Numbered from the stretch's first letter, positions 15,653-30,081 are shown. The stretch is DNA of 64,000 bases from Kudoa neothunni (GCA_964304625.1 OZ199840.1:2592787-2656786), one strand, 5' to 3'. Numbers and translations: made by a program. The notes: generated from the sequence alone by a model not told the origin.

Positions 15653-17292
15653 ATGTGGTTTTTATATTTCTTATTAGTATTTTTAGAAATCGTAGCGGCA
15701 GGTAAATAAAATTAGTCTATTTTTGTCACAACATTATTCTAGAAAGGGCTTTGACAAATTATGATTTTGATGCTGGTGAACCCCCTTCTTGGATGAACGA
15801 AGAACAACAAAAAAATGCTGTAGTTGTTAGATGGTATGTCGATAAAGCTACTGCTACATGCAAACCATTCAAATACAAAGGTTCTCTAGGAAACTTTAAC
15901 AATTTTGTGTCAAAAGCGGTTTGTCAATACCACCGTAAACTATAATAGTACCACTTTTTAATAACGTAGGAAATAGTTACGTTTACACCTGAGGAGAAAT
16001 CCAAGGCGTGTGAGGAACCAAAAGCAGAAGGCATTTGCACAGTACCATTAGAGAAAAGACAAGAAAGATGGTATTACTCAAAGGATGGTGCTGACGGCAA
16101 GACCGCTTACACCTGCCACGAGTTCAAATACACAGGTTGTGGAGGAAATGCAAATAACTTCGAGTCCGAAATTGAATGCAAAAATGCTTGTCATAGTAAT
16201 ATCAGTTTTATAATAGGGCCTAAATCAATTTCTTTATAAAATTTGTATTAGATAAGAAAAATGGCGCTGCTACTGGAATCTCAGACGATAGCACACTAAC
16301 ACCGACACCTAATAAATTTGACTGCGGTTTTGCAGCTGAAGTGGATAGTGACAGCCCTAAAATGGGAGTTGTTTTGCATAAAGATAAAAAGAGATGTGTG
16401 TACGCCGCTGTTGGTGAAAACGCAGAAAGGGGATATTTTGATGAGTTACCTAAATGCGTAGAAACGTGCATAAGTATTTAATTGTGTGAAAAATGCTTGC
16501 TAACCAGAAGCAGCTGAACTAGTCCCTGCTTGTGATGCAACCGGTCCATATCAAGTTCAACCTACTGGAGTTGTTAATAATGATGACGGTGTAAACGACT
16601 ACTTTTATTTCCACAAAGGAAAAAAAGCTTGTCTTCCATTTGTTTCTAAAGCTCCTAATCCCCCCATCAAAATTGATGATGGTTCAAATAATATTTTTAG
16701 TTCCGCAGAGCTCTGTGCAAGCTTTTGTCCTGCGAGTAATTCGCATTAATTATATTACTTAATCATGTTTTCCTTATTTAATTATAAATTAGCTTCCCAT
16801 CTTGGTGATCTCAATGCTGTCGAAGTTTGCAAACAAGATAAAGTTGGGGAGTTTAATACGGGTGATAAATATGAATTAACTCGATATTACTATGCAACAA
16901 CCGGAACTACTCCTAACACCTGTCAATCCTTTAAGTTCAATGGAAGAGAGATGAACTTGAATAACTTCAAATCTAACACAGCTTGTGAAGCAATTTGTAA
17001 AACACCATTAACTACAACTTTGGCTTCTAATTCTGGTCCTGGGATTGGTGCTGCTGGTGCTGGCCAAGGTAGTTCTGGTGCTAGTCAAGGTAGTACTGGT
17101 ACTGTTCAGGGTGGTATTGAGGGAGGTGTTACTGGTGTAGACGGTACTGGCGGTGCTGGTGGTCCTGGTACTGTTTCTAATGAGGTTACTCCTACTGTTT
17201 CTGCCGGTACCCAAGCTCATGGAACTCCTGCTAAGTCTGCTACTGGTGATGGCGTTGACAACGACGACGATGTTAATGGTGGTAGTAGATGA
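15653..17292 (+). CDS. Secreted multi-Kunitz/BPTI-domain protein (5 Kunitz-like modules plus a Gly/Ser/Thr-rich tail), ~469 aa
   Basis: Exons 15653-15701, 15743-15934, 15977-16195, 16252-16473, 16508-16735 and 16793-17292 join into one open frame. Signal peptide MWFLYFLLVFLEIVAA. Module 2 has the canonical RWYY..C..F.YTGCGGNANNF....C...C pattern. Confidence 0.88.
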
Positions 17293-18121
17293 TTTTGAAA
17301 TCACTACCTACACCAAATTAGCCATTTTCCTCAATTAATCTTTAAAACAGAAATCGAAATGGAATATACCGTTAGAATTTTAATTAGATTTTTTATTGTT
17401 TATTACAGCGCTTCCCCCATTCATTTTAATTTCTGCACCTCTTCTAAAAATAGATTTAAACATGGATTTATTTTTAGGTCAGAAAAGTATTCTTACTAGA
17501 ATTACGTTAAAAAGAATAAATCCATCTACTTTAAAGAGAAAACAGTTGTAAATTAAATAAATACAATTGATAATATATAAATGTTTTGACTTTCTTTCTT
17601 GTTTTTTTGACAATAATTAGGTCAAAATTGACTCTTTGTCAGTTGAAGATATACAAAAACCGTAGTTTTCGAATGTTCTAGATATACCAAAATTTTAATA
17701 AAAATTGTCAGGCGGGAATAGTGGTGCCGACGCGAAATTTTTGTTAAATTTTAATTTAAACTTCAATGAGAGAAGAAAACAAGTGACCCAATCTCGAATG
17801 CAGTTATAATTTATATAATTTTTTAGTGCAAATTGAATCTGATTTGAAGTATAAAACCTTAAAATAATTTAACAACTAAAATAAATAACTTAATCTTGAC
17901 GCTAATTAATGTTTAATTCTTACTTTCCATATAGTTTACCTAAAAATAATAAATGATAATTTTTTAATTTAACTCATTTTAAACACTTTATAAGTCATTT
18001 ATATCTCATTAAAAAGTAAATATTTCATAATTTTTAATGCTAGATTATAAATGATCTTAATTAAATAGTTTAAATATGAATGAAAAAGAAATAAATAATC
18101 ATTTTATTTCATGTACTAATG

Positions 18122-18425
18122 CAGTGGTTCCAAACTTTTTGGGCGTCCTCGAACCCTTGTAGACACACTCGTGGGTCTATCGAACCCTTATCAATTAATA
18201 TGAGAATTATGTTAAGAATTCAGTATATATATATATATATGTTTAAAGCGCAAAGAAAAAATTCCACATATTCATTTTCTATCTTTAAACTATATAACAA
18301 CAAATACGATAAATATATAACTAATGAGATTTCTGCTGCTGGTTTCCGGAAGCTGTTTTATGTATTCTTAGTTTAATTTTCGAACCCCTAGCGCTGACTT
18401 TTTGAACCCAGTTTGGGAATCACTG
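18122..18425. mobile_element. hAT-type MITE (~300 bp)
   Basis: TIRs CAGTGGTTCCAAAC / GTTTGGGAATCACTG, with 8-bp TSD tactaatg / tactaata. Internal repeated gaaccc motifs. Confidence 0.85.
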
Positions 18426-19081
18426 TACTAATACATATAAAACAGTAGACCGAAAACAAATTAATATTCAGTAAAATCAATCAAATGATTATATGTTTAT
18501 CCAGATTTATTTCATCTTCAATTTCGCACGATTCACACATGATATATTTTCGAGAGAGATATTGATTACTTAGAATCGATACATTTATGTATCGAAGCAT
18601 GATTGGCAGGAGACTCCTTTCGTTGACTCTAGGTGTGAGTCTCAAATATCCATTAGGGAAGCTCAGAGCTAGAAGAATCTATGTCATAAGAATAAATTCA
18701 TTATTCAATTTAATAAAGACCGAGTCAACAAAATTATGTATGTCAAGCGAGTTCTTTTCCAACAAATATAGTGAAAATTTGAAATACTATTAAATAAAGC
18801 ACACTTGCTATCCTGGTGATCAATATTGTTATTGATCAAACGGTGTATGAGAGGATAAAATTTCAAAAAGCACCCGCCATAACCATATTATGATAGGAGT
18901 CAGCTCCGACGTAGAAACATTTGAAGTAAAATCTTTACTCCTAGAATATAACCACAGAGGAAATTATGGTTTCTTCAAGGGTTTATCTCCCTAACGTAAA
19001 TTAGACCGCAATGATAAATTAAAATCAGAATTAATTTCTATTTTTGTTACGCAGTGACTATTCTTACGGATCCGTATAATC

Positions 19082-20280
19082 CAGGGGTTGGCAAACGTTA
19101 TGGCCAAAAAAGCCAATTATTGATGGCAGGAAAATTTTTTCTACTCCCGGATCCGCATATTAAATTTAGGCACTAAAATCAAAATATGTAATGTTGAAAC
19201 TATGAATGCATACATTTCAGAAAAATATGGAGAAAATTATCCAATTAGTCTATTTACGCATTTTCCTGTAACTAATTAACCTATTATTTTGATTATTAGT
19301 GTTTTGATGCAGGGAGAAATAATATAAGTAAAAAAAGTATACACTTGAATTTGTCTGATTACTTCCAATAATAATCGTAATTTCGTGTTTGATAATTTCC
19401 ATTATGATGAAGCAGAAATTTTATCATTGGCCTCTGTACAACAAATATACGATATAAAATTCACTTTCATGAATATTATTGTTAACAAAAATTAAAATTC
19501 AGCCATATAATTTTATCTTCTAAAATTGAAAGAATTACTTCCTAATGTATTTTCCTGAATTTAATTTTTTCGACGACATTTTATATGGGGTTTTATTTGT
19601 AATAAAACTGAAGAACGTTTAATTTTACAAGAGAATTCTTTATAATGTATATAATTAAATGAAAATGTATGTATAACTACTTTTCTATGTAAAAAAGTTG
19701 ACTCAACAAAATTTTTAAACTGGTAGAACTATCAACACTTTCATGAGTCTAATTTAAAGGTTTAAACAAAGTTATGCATATAATCAGATAAGATTTTGTA
19801 TAATACTCGAAAAATTTATTTTTGAATAGTTTCAGTTTAATAATAACCAATTTATTAAGGATAAATTTGATTAATGATAAAAAATAATTTTTGATCTTAA
19901 ACCAAAGACAAACTTGAGAATATTTAGTTATTTTGCCTCGTTAATCATTGTTAATCATTGCATATGCATAGGACAATGTTCCATGAGGAATTATTAATAT
20001 TTATAAATTACTAGTTTTTGCTGAACCCTTTCGTTAAATATTTAACTTTTAAGTTGCAAATTAAGACAATTAATCCAATTTGATGAAATTGGAGTACCAT
20101 ACATTCTTTCAATACCAATATATTTCCATTAAAAAATGATATGTCTGATGAAAATTCAAAATTTGAACGTAATAATGAGTTCAGCAATTAATAATTATAT
20201 AATTTCTTCGCGTTTTAGCCTTAGATATTGTAGTTTATATTATGCATGTAAGGTGGGGAGGCGCATGTTACCTACCCCTG
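19082..20280 (-). mobile_element. hAT element remnant
   Basis: Imperfect TIRs CAGGGGTTGGCAAAC / GTTACCTACCCCTG. Minus-strand HCPMHMQ near 19960 (cf. the hAT HC..H motif). No clear TSD. Confidence 0.55.
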
Positions 20281-20539
20281 TAAGAGATCGAAGGGTGGCG
20301 TTGACACTATCGATCGGATGCTGGCTTCAATCTCGACAATAAGATTTAACATACGTTGGCCCATGATAATTTTTATAATAAATCGGATATTTCTTTTATA
20401 AATGCATTTTGTACATATAAAGGTATATTTAATTCAATCGTTGTTAGGAGTATATTTCTTATGGAAATTTCCTAAAATATATATAATCCATTATTTCCAA
20501 AAAAATAGGAGTAAAAAAACTATTGAAAGGCCTCCATCA

Positions 20540-21132
20540 AACTCATTTCCACTAGCATCAAAGCGAATAATGAAACCCTGTAGGTATCAAATCTGCCCTG
20601 GAAAAAAGTGACAGGAAAACTGTTGTTATTTGTGGATTTTGTAACCGCTATTTTTGCAGAGATCATTCAGCGTTTCAAAATTGGAAAAAATTAAACCGAG
20701 AGATATAACAGATTACGTAGGTTGTCTTAAGTTATAGTTAATCGTTCGAATGCGTTATTTTTTAAGCGCGCAAAATCATATAACGTCCTTTTATATTTGT
20801 TTTAATTACAGTAAAATTTCATAATTGTAATAACTCTGACATCATCAAATTGGTTTGTACAGATGAATCTCATTTCAAGATCTAGCCGTCACTTCCTCAA
20901 TACGGTATTAACGACATCTAGCGAAGTTGTCTGAATCCATACATTAACGGATTACCGAAGATTAATGGGTTAGTAAACTTCAGTTTACTCGAAACTCTGC
21001 CGATAGATATCTTATATACTTTATAAACAAAAACGAAATATTTTTTAATAATGAAAAATAAAATAAAAATGCGAGGTCAATCCGACCCCAAATGATCGTT
21101 GGAGGTAAGTCGTTTTTATGATCGTTAGAGGG
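20540..21132 (+). mobile_element. piggyBac 3' end remnant
   Basis: Cys-rich C-terminal domain remnant (QICP..K.DRKTVVICGFCNRYFCRDHS). Subterminal ggtcaatccgacccc and repeated atgatcgtt. Terminus GAGGG|TTAA. Confidence 0.75.
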
Positions 21133-21542
21133 TTAATATAATTATATAATCATGGGTATTTTGAAACTAATTTAAATGTGTTTCATGAAAGGATTTTGGG
21201 ATATTTTACTGCATACCAACAGGTGTATTTAAATGTTAAAACATGAAAATTATTACTTCATAGTTTAAAAGCAAAAGAGTGATTATTGGATAATCAAGTA
21301 ATTAATTAATTCTCTACTAAATTCAGCTCAGTTGCGAAGATTGAAATCAGACATTAAACAAATGAAGGTTTCGTATTGGTATCTTCTTCTTTGTACAAAA
21401 AAATATTTATTGTTTTGTATTATTGCATGTTTTTTCTCCCAAAAAATGAATTAGTTTAAATGAAATATGATAATTTTTGGGTCTTACGTAATATCGTAAT
21501 CAACATAAATTAATCATTATCTAGAAAATTTAGTTTGTATTA

Positions 21543-23506
21543 CAGTGGTTGACGGATTCTACGTGGTACCGATTTTACGTACTTTTTTAAAACACGTTGA
21601 GCACGTTTTCTGCCCCTTTCGTAGACTCTGGAATGGCTAAAACAATAAAAAAGCCTCGAACATTAGGAGATAACCTCGATATCATAAAATATTATGATAC
21701 GCTTCAAAGAAAGGTGTGAAAGCAGCCACAATTAAAAAATTTAATTTACCCACAATATCAACCTTGACTAGCATTCTCGATAAAAGACAAGAAATTGAGA
21801 CCAACAACGAGTCTGGTCTAATTTCGTCGAAAAGAAAAAATTTAAAACTGGGGAAAGAGAATGATATCGATGAAGCTGTTTTTAACTGGTTCAATGTTAT
21901 GAAGAGCAAAAACGTCGAACTGTCCATATACGATATTATTTCTAAACGAAACGATATCGCCAAATCGAGGGGCCATAATTTTACTGCTACCACAGGTTGG
22001 TAGAGAGGGTTTAAAACTCGCTTCAACCTGAGAAGGGTTACCTTCCATGGTGAATCTGCCTCGGTAGATCCAACGGTTGTAGATGATTGGAAGTTACGTT
22101 TAGTTGATGTTTCATCCGGTTTCTCTCCTGATTGCGTATACAATTTAGACGAAACGGCACTTTATTACCAACGGCAGAGAGATAAACAATTAATAATTAA
22201 ATATTAATAAATACTTCACAGGTAAAAACTATGTTGCTTCTAATGAACGAAATAACGGATGCTTAAAAAAATTAAAAAAAAAGGTAACCATTTTATTTGG
22301 TGCCCCTATGACTGGTGAAAAGCTTGATCCACTTTAATAGGGCATTTTTGTAAACCTCGATGTTTTAGAAATGTTCCTACTTTGCCAGTCGCTTATGAAC
22401 ATTCAAAAAAAGCTTGGATGAATGGAACCATCTTTAGGAGATATCTGTTAAAATTGAATAGTTTTTTCAGGAGTAAAGACAAAAAAGTATTCTTATTCGT
22501 CGACAATGCAAGTTGCCATATTCATTCCGACCTAAGTAATATCACTCTCGAGTATCTATTAAAGAATAGTACGATTGTGTTGCAGCCCCTTGATCAAGGG
22601 ATTATTCGTTCCTTTAAGGTTTCGTACATTTCAAAATTGATACAAAGGAATATTGCGTATGTTGAAGCCGAAATGACTCCTAACCTTCCAGACCTTCTAG
22701 ATTCTCTGATAATGATGAAAAGCGCATAGCATGATGTTAATCAACGGAATGTCATTAATTGCTTTGAAAAAAGCTGGTTTTATCAAACAAGATACAAATA
22801 TTTTAAATAAAGTCAACATCTCTTAAACAAATGAAAGGGTAGAGCCTGAATTGTCTTTGGAAATGGACAAAATAATGAATAAGGAAGATCAGGAACAAAC
22901 TAAAGCTGATTTTGAAGATTTCGAACAATATTCTGATAAACTGGATAATAAATCAGTTGAGGAGTTCCAACTCGAAGTCGACGACGGCGTCATTTTAAAA
23001 GGCACATTAGAATGTATAAATAAATTGAAAACCTATTTTATAAATAATGTACTTGAACATTATGGACTTCTTTTGAATATTGAAGAAAATGTTGTCGGAA
23101 ATATAAATAAAAATTTAGTTCAAACTAAAATAATAAATTTCTTCCCCAAAACATTTGATAAATGGTTGTATAATTTTTTTTATTTTGCGTATTTTTCGGA
23201 GATAATAAATATGGTTTAAATGGGTATTTTCGAAGGTATATTTAAAGAATGAGGCCAACTAAATTAAATGAAATTACGCATTAAATTATTAAAATCTTGA
23301 CGCGAATATTCAAATGATTTCCGCTCACACTCAGTAATATTTGGAATTTTTAAATTAGGTCTTCATCAGATAATTACGATAATGCATTGAAATGCACAGA
23401 ATTTATGTATAAGGATAGAAAAAAAATCAAGTATATAAATGAGGAAAATATATATACGTACTTTTTCTCAGTCCTGTCATAAGTACGTAAAATCCGTCAA
23501 TCACTG
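21543..23506 (+). mobile_element. Full-length pogo/Tigger transposon with a pseudogenised transposase
   Basis: TA|CAGTGGTTGACGGATT ... AATCCGTCAATCACTG|TA. Contains HTH-psq and CENP-B HTH (IDEAVFNWF, FTATTGW..FK.R), HGESASVD, YNLDETAL, KKAWMN, VDNASCH and LQPLDQGII. Several stops and frameshifts. Confidence 0.95.
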
Positions 23507-24599
23507 TATATTAAATTTAGAACATTGGTAACATATTTCTTAAATTTAACTTTAGACAAATTACATTATCAATAGTTATTATACATTTGATATGTCGTGC
23601 GTAATTATCACTTGTGCATAATGATTTTGCTCCCCTTTTTTGATTACGCGCGACCCATAATCACTGTAGATCAGGAATGCACAAACTCTGGCCTCAATAA
23701 GCTATTTTGTGACCCACGATGAACCCTAATAAAGTTCAGATTGATGGTACACTTTTAAATTCATAGACAACAGCATTCGATTATTTAACTTCAATTGATT
23801 TTTCTCGATATTGAATATATCGAGAACACCTAATGAAGCTAATAATAAAATTTATTTGAGTTTTTTATTATATTAGAACCATTAAAGGACGAAATATCAA
23901 AAATATTCCCTAAATAAGAAAAAAGATTTATTTCAATTAGCCATCTCACCATGTAATATAATACAGAAAAAACATTTTTTAATCGAATTTCATTTACGAA
24001 TTTTAATTATTTCGTTTTGAGGGTATATGGAGGAGAAAATCATACGGGTACTAGGCGGATTTATGATTTAAAATTTCGCTTGACAATGCTGACCCTAAGT
24101 TTAAGTTCAATTAAAAAAAGAATAATAATTAAAGTACGTTTTATAAACGTTGTGAAATAATAAGATATTTTTATTTTGCGTAAAAATCAAATTTTTCGAG
24201 AAATTTCTGTAAGAAAAATAAATAAACTTTGTCACGAAGGGTAAAAATCTGTTATAGCTGATAATGAGCACATATCAATGGGAAATTTAAAGAGCACTTC
24301 ATATATGGATATACAACCATTTTTCTCACCCAAGGTATATCTCATATTTAATTCAGCTTATTAATATTTTATTTCTAAGCTAAAATGACTGATATTAGAA
24401 AAAAGTTTATGATGGGAATAGAAAATTCAGTGGCGATCAAACAAAAAAATATTGTTTTATTAAACAAGGGACGAATATTATTTGTTAACTATTTCGTTCG
24501 TTATTCAATTTAAAACATCTAGTAAACTAATTATTTACGAATTATTTTGAATAATGCGTTTCAAAATTCGTAAATTTATCCAAATTTTAGTTATAACCT

Positions 24600-25796
24600 T
24601 AGTTTTAAACTTTCTGACCCCTGAGAATGATCGAAAATTAAAATTTGGCTCGATACCCAAAAGTTTATGCACAACTGCTGTAGATAAAACCGAAAAAATG
24701 TGTATTAAAGATAATTTGATTTATAGATCCCATCATCAAATATGTTTCTAACGTAAGTATATATCTTGGCAGATACTTTTGAAAAATCGAGACAATGTAA
24801 AATCAGTGGAAGTGTTGTTTTATCTTTAACAAATCCTTTCTTTCACTCTGGGAGAAATGTCATTGTGGACAATTTCTTCTTGCGGATGTCTCTTAATGAA
24901 TAATTGTTTGAAAAGATTGGTCTTATTGGGGACGCTATGGAAAAACAAAAGATAGATACCAAAAATTCACCATTCAGAACGAAAAGGAACTCTTTATAAC
25001 AGCATTTTTGTTTTTTATGAAAAGCACATGTTGATATCTTACGTTCGTAAGAAGCTGAAAATCCCGATTTTTCTGACAACTGGCAACATTGATAATTCCA
25101 GTACTGAAAATTCATTGAAGTTCAAACGTCAAGTAATACTAAATTATAATCAAACTAAGGATGCAGTTGACAATATGGACAGAATGCTAGCGTTAATTCC
25201 CATTCACTGATTTTCTCTAAGATAGCTATATGTTATATTTTTCAATATAGTGGACTTGTTACTAATTGATACAATTTTATTTTTTAGATATATTTCCCAA
25301 TTCTGAAAAAAATTTACGTGATTTCTTGAATAAATTGCACAAGAATTACGTAAGCCAGTAGAAACAAAAAAAGTATCAATCTTTATACCCCCTAGAATAT
25401 CTCGCTTTATTGCAATTCAAACAAAATATGAATATTAAAAGAGTTGGAAACAATAATGAAACATCTGAATACTGCAAAAATTGATATAAGTTTATTCTCC
25501 GTCCCAAACATTTAAAAATTGTTTTAACTATTCTTAATTTACAAAAATTTTTCCTGTTTTTATTTTTATATTCTAAATACCGAAAGATACTTAATTCTAC
25601 TGAATAAAATTATATAATTTATAATAAACTTCGACTAATAACGACACAAGACAAATCATAAACGAAAACGATCATTAAATTGACGACACCAGCCTCTAGT
25701 ATTCATTATATTAACGTTTCATCCGTAGGAAATGAAAAAAATTAAAAACTGTCATTATTAGATTTTTTACGCGTTCATCTTTGCGATCATTAGAGG
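24600..25796 (+). mobile_element. piggyBac (PGBD4-like) transposase remnant with 3' terminus
   Basis: SGRNVIVDNFF, MLISYVRK and ILNYNQTKDAVDNMDRML. Terminus gatcattagagga|ttaa resembles the end at 21120-21136. The left boundary is uncertain. Confidence 0.8.
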
Positions 25797-25948
25797 ATTA
25801 ATTACAATAATGGCAACTCAGCATTATTTTGAAGAAAACAATTTACTTAATTTTTAAAAAAAGTCTCTCGATGATAAAAGAAATTTAATATAAAAACCAA
25901 ATACAGGAGATTTCAAAATCAATAATATAAATTTTTATTTGGTAATAT

Positions 25949-28555
25949 CTATACAGATTTATCGCCGGGTTTTTGATCTGAAGGATAAGAGTCAGAGTCG
26001 TTAGTGCCGGACGAGGATGATGAAGATTCAGAGTTGGAAGAGTGCACATGTTTTGCGTGTTTGTCAACATCTCTTGAAAAACTAACTGATTTGCTACCAC
26101 TAACAGGGGTGGCGATTCTATGAGTACTGGGATTAAGATGTTCTTCGAAAACGACATCATTTGGAGCATCATCTGGTTTATACATTGCATCACTCTCGCT
26201 AATTTCCCTGATAACGTTAAGCTTAGTTGGGAGATTGATTGGGGCACTCCTAGTGGTGTCCAAGTTGGTTCGTATGTTTGCAGTATGTTGGATATTGTCT
26301 GTACTTGAAAATGCCGTGTGATTATGATAGCTATGGCAATGTCTACAATCCTCAGCAGCAATCTTAGTGTCATCATGGATATAGGGCCCAAGTCCGACGG
26401 CGCTCATAATATGTCGTACGCTGCCTTTTTTGACGTAGGTGAATCTCACGGTGATATCTTGTTCGATTTTGAATTTTTCAACAATCTAAACGATATCATG
26501 GTAGATATGTACACACTTTTATAGAAAATAAAACAAGCAAAAGTACATATAAAAGTTCTCTCGCAACCGTAATATCAATTTCATGCATGGCATGGCAGTC
26601 GATTTCCAATTCGGTCAATTCAGGGAAGCGTTTTTGAAAAGATTTAATACGACTTGCAATAAATACAGCGCAAGGATAATGCAAAGCACTTCTCAACCGA
26701 ACACTAAAAGTTCCCCGATCTCTATGAATGTGATGGATGCGATGAAGTCGAGGTCTTATCTCACGAAACAAAATGAATCCTGATGATAAAGCTAGCCCAG
26801 CAGCCATTCCGAATTCAAGGCGATATAGCCCAATAAGCATAGTACCAAACCATGGAACCAGTTCCCATCTATAACACCAATCAACCAAATCAATTAATCC
26901 ATCAATTTTATGTATAATTTGGACAAATGGATAGTAGAAGATACTTTTGAACTCGCCAAAACATAGAAATTTGGCAAAGATTGATCTGCGGTAACACTGC
27001 AGCAACGATCATACCAGCAAGTGTAGGTTTTGGTGTGTAGTAGATAAGAGGAGTTAGTACCATTAACGTGAGCACTACGACAAAGATGGAAACAACGCCT
27101 AGATGATATATGATGGTTGAGTAAAATCACACAAACGATCCGATTATTTTTATAAAATACCTGAGAGACATGTTTTGACACCACTGATAGAATTTACCGC
27201 TGATCTCGCGAGTGCACCACCGATAGGATACCCACGGAAGAACGAGTTCAAAATATTGGCCACGCCAACATTGAGCAACTCCTGAGTGGGATCTGCGTAG
27301 TAGTCTTTCTGTTTGGAGAAGTTTTTCACAATAGATAACGTCTCAACAAACATCATCACTGGGGCGAGGAAAAAAGAAGGATAAATCTCAGACATAATCT
27401 CAAGAGCAGATTTAGTGATAGTTCCGCCTTGGGAATTAGTGACTTGAGTGGATTGAATGGGTAACTAAATAATCATCATTAATTAAATACATTTAATGGC
27501 ATGAAAACCGCCAAAACATTTGTAATCAACCATCACTGGGATGTGAAAATACAAAACGAAACAATCGCTACAAATGCTTGATCAAAAAAAACTCTACCCA
27601 AGGTACAGGGAATCCTGCAGGGAGCGATCCAATAAGCGTTATACGAGTGGTGTCGGGGTGTTTTTTGTAAATAGTATACACGATTGCAGTCATTATTATA
27701 GTCATGAGTGCATTTTTCGATACATAAATCAAACAAATTGTTTCCCAAAACGATTTTCCGACAGTAGAAGTAGCGTTTTTCTTAAGCCGTGTAACCAAGG
27801 GCATAGTAAAGTGACAAAATAGTGAGAAAATAACGCAAGATATTCCCACCAACATATCTTGATAGTTGGTTTGGAGAATCAGTTTGAAAAAGTTGTAAAC
27901 CACCTCATAACTATTCATCTGACCGGCGTTTGGTATCACTATTCCAAACATACCGGGTAGTTGACTGATAGCTATCGACAAACAACCACAGGAAATGAAC
28001 GCCGATAATACAGTGAATGATACAAGATTCATCAAAACACCGGCATTAAAAAAGCTCATCAAAACCATTACAATACCGGAAAAGAAACTCATCATACTCA
28101 AAAACACGTTTGACCCATAAGGATTGTAACGTGAACCCAAAAGAGCCACCAAAAGTGTAGGTCCAACACTATTGTCTGGAGACGTGCTGAATATTAGACT
28201 GGAAAATGGTCCAACAATCGACGAATACAAACCCACAACTGGCGAACAACCATATATACCGGCTATAGCCAGTGACTGCGGAATAACCACCAATCCCACT
28301 GTGAAGCCAGCAATTACGTCCCCTTTGAGATATTCCAATTTGTATTGGGGAAGCCAGGTGAGTATGGGTAATCGAATTTTTGGATGAATATGATTTATAA
28401 ACCATTTTCTAACTTTTTCTTTGGTGGATTTTTTGCTTTTTATCACTTTGAAGTGAGATCCGGTTTGACGTGCAGAACCCCCTAATCAAAATCACCATAA
28501 TCCATTGGAATAACTCAAAGATTGCATAGGTACGCTGTGCGCTTGTTCTGGGCAT
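25949..28555 (-). CDS. SLC26/SulP sulfate-anion transporter with STAS domain (SLC26A11-like), 6 exons
   Basis: RLPILTWLPQY..GDVIAGFTVGLVVIPQSLA..GLYSS, QELLNVGVANILNSFFRGYP....ARSAVN..SGVKT, and a STAS-like region (LHYP..IDCHAMHEIDIT). GT-AG introns restore the frame. First exon encodes MPRTSAQ. Confidence 0.93.
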
Positions 28556-30081
28556 CTTAATTATTCAAGCTAATTATTTAATTTCAGCTGCTCTACAGTA
28601 GTTATAAAACAACAAAATTTTCGATTATTTTCGACAAATATGAAGATAGAAACAATAGCTTAGGAGGGTATTCTTTGGAAAAAGTTCTATGGTGTGTGAT
28701 GTACACAACATAACATTAGTATTGAAACAATATATAAAATTTACAGATCCACTAAGCACATTCAACAGCAACATGCGAAATGTAACGTCAATATTCGACT
28801 TGAAATAAGATGTAGTTAATCTAGCGATTGCGACCATTCCTCAAATTTTGCTATGATAGCTCTTTCATTTTAATGATTACAATAATCACTGTATATACAT
28901 ATATATTGGCTACACATATGTGGATAAATCTATCAATTGCAATAGTTTAATATTAGATTCTGGTAGGTTGTTCTACCAGGAAGGGATTCATAAAAGCTTA
29001 ATCTAGATTTAGCAATGGAATTGTATAATAGATCAACGTTTAATAGTATATATCCTGTAGTTGTTTCTCCTCATAAACACTCGAATGGAGATCATTAAAT
29101 GCCGTTTATATTATATTTAATCAACTAATTCTAGATGATTATCTTTTAGAGACAATTTAACCTGTTCTTTATAATAAAAAACCTCAAATTGTCAACTGCA
29201 TCACAACAACTTAAAATATACATGTGTGTGGACTCATATTTTAATTTATTTGGAGCTATTTACGCCACATGTAAAGTTTTTTCGTGTTATCCGAAACCAA
29301 ATTTAGTCCCGACAAGTGATTGGATTATTGAGTTTTTGAGCTGTCAATTAATTGAACCAATGTGAACTGTCTTACATTAAACCCTACGTTAATCTCCGGC
29401 TTATAATCGTTGTTTATTGTAAACATTATTCATAGCATCATTTCATGGTTGTATTATTCGTAATTTTAGTTTCTTTCTCAACACTTTATCTCCAAATACA
29501 CAATTCATGTGATGAACTATGTGTAGAAAATGTCATTAATGATGCTTTAATGGATAATTTATTAAAGAAGGTCCTAATATTTGACTTTCTTAGAGTTCAT
29601 GTCTTGGGTGTATTGTTTATCCTATTGGTACCTCATTTTGGGTTGCACATGTAACAACACCTTATTACCATTGATTATATAATTATGTAAAATAATCTTT
29701 GTTATTATCGATACAATCGATTTCCGTTTTTTTAATTTTTTCCGACATTTTCCTAACCATCTTAATCCTAGGACTACGAATTAAATGAATGGATGAATAG
29801 TGAGTGCAACTAGAAAGTTTTGCTTATGACTTTAGATTTTTAGGAATCCAAAAAATAATTTTTTTCAATTAATGAGTCATTATGATTTAGATCCTCTTTA
29901 GCTTATGGCGTTTTACAAGTTAAGGAAACAGACGATTACAGGCATGATAACCTTTATAATAAACCATATTCTATAATATTGAGTTCAAGATAGCATAATA
30001 CAATATTTAACTGTTGAAAGTGATTATTGACACAAAAAATACTATTCAGATATCAGTTTTAAAATTTGGATTTCTGACCTG

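Noticed and set aside
18540-19070. Slightly GC-richer stretch suspected to be an LTR retroelement relic
   Set aside because: No gag, RT or integrase motif, LTR or PBS could be identified.
22792-22837. Second possible intron in the Tigger transposase
   Set aside because: The KAGF frame reads through this segment with one stop and joins the downstream frame, so no intron is needed.
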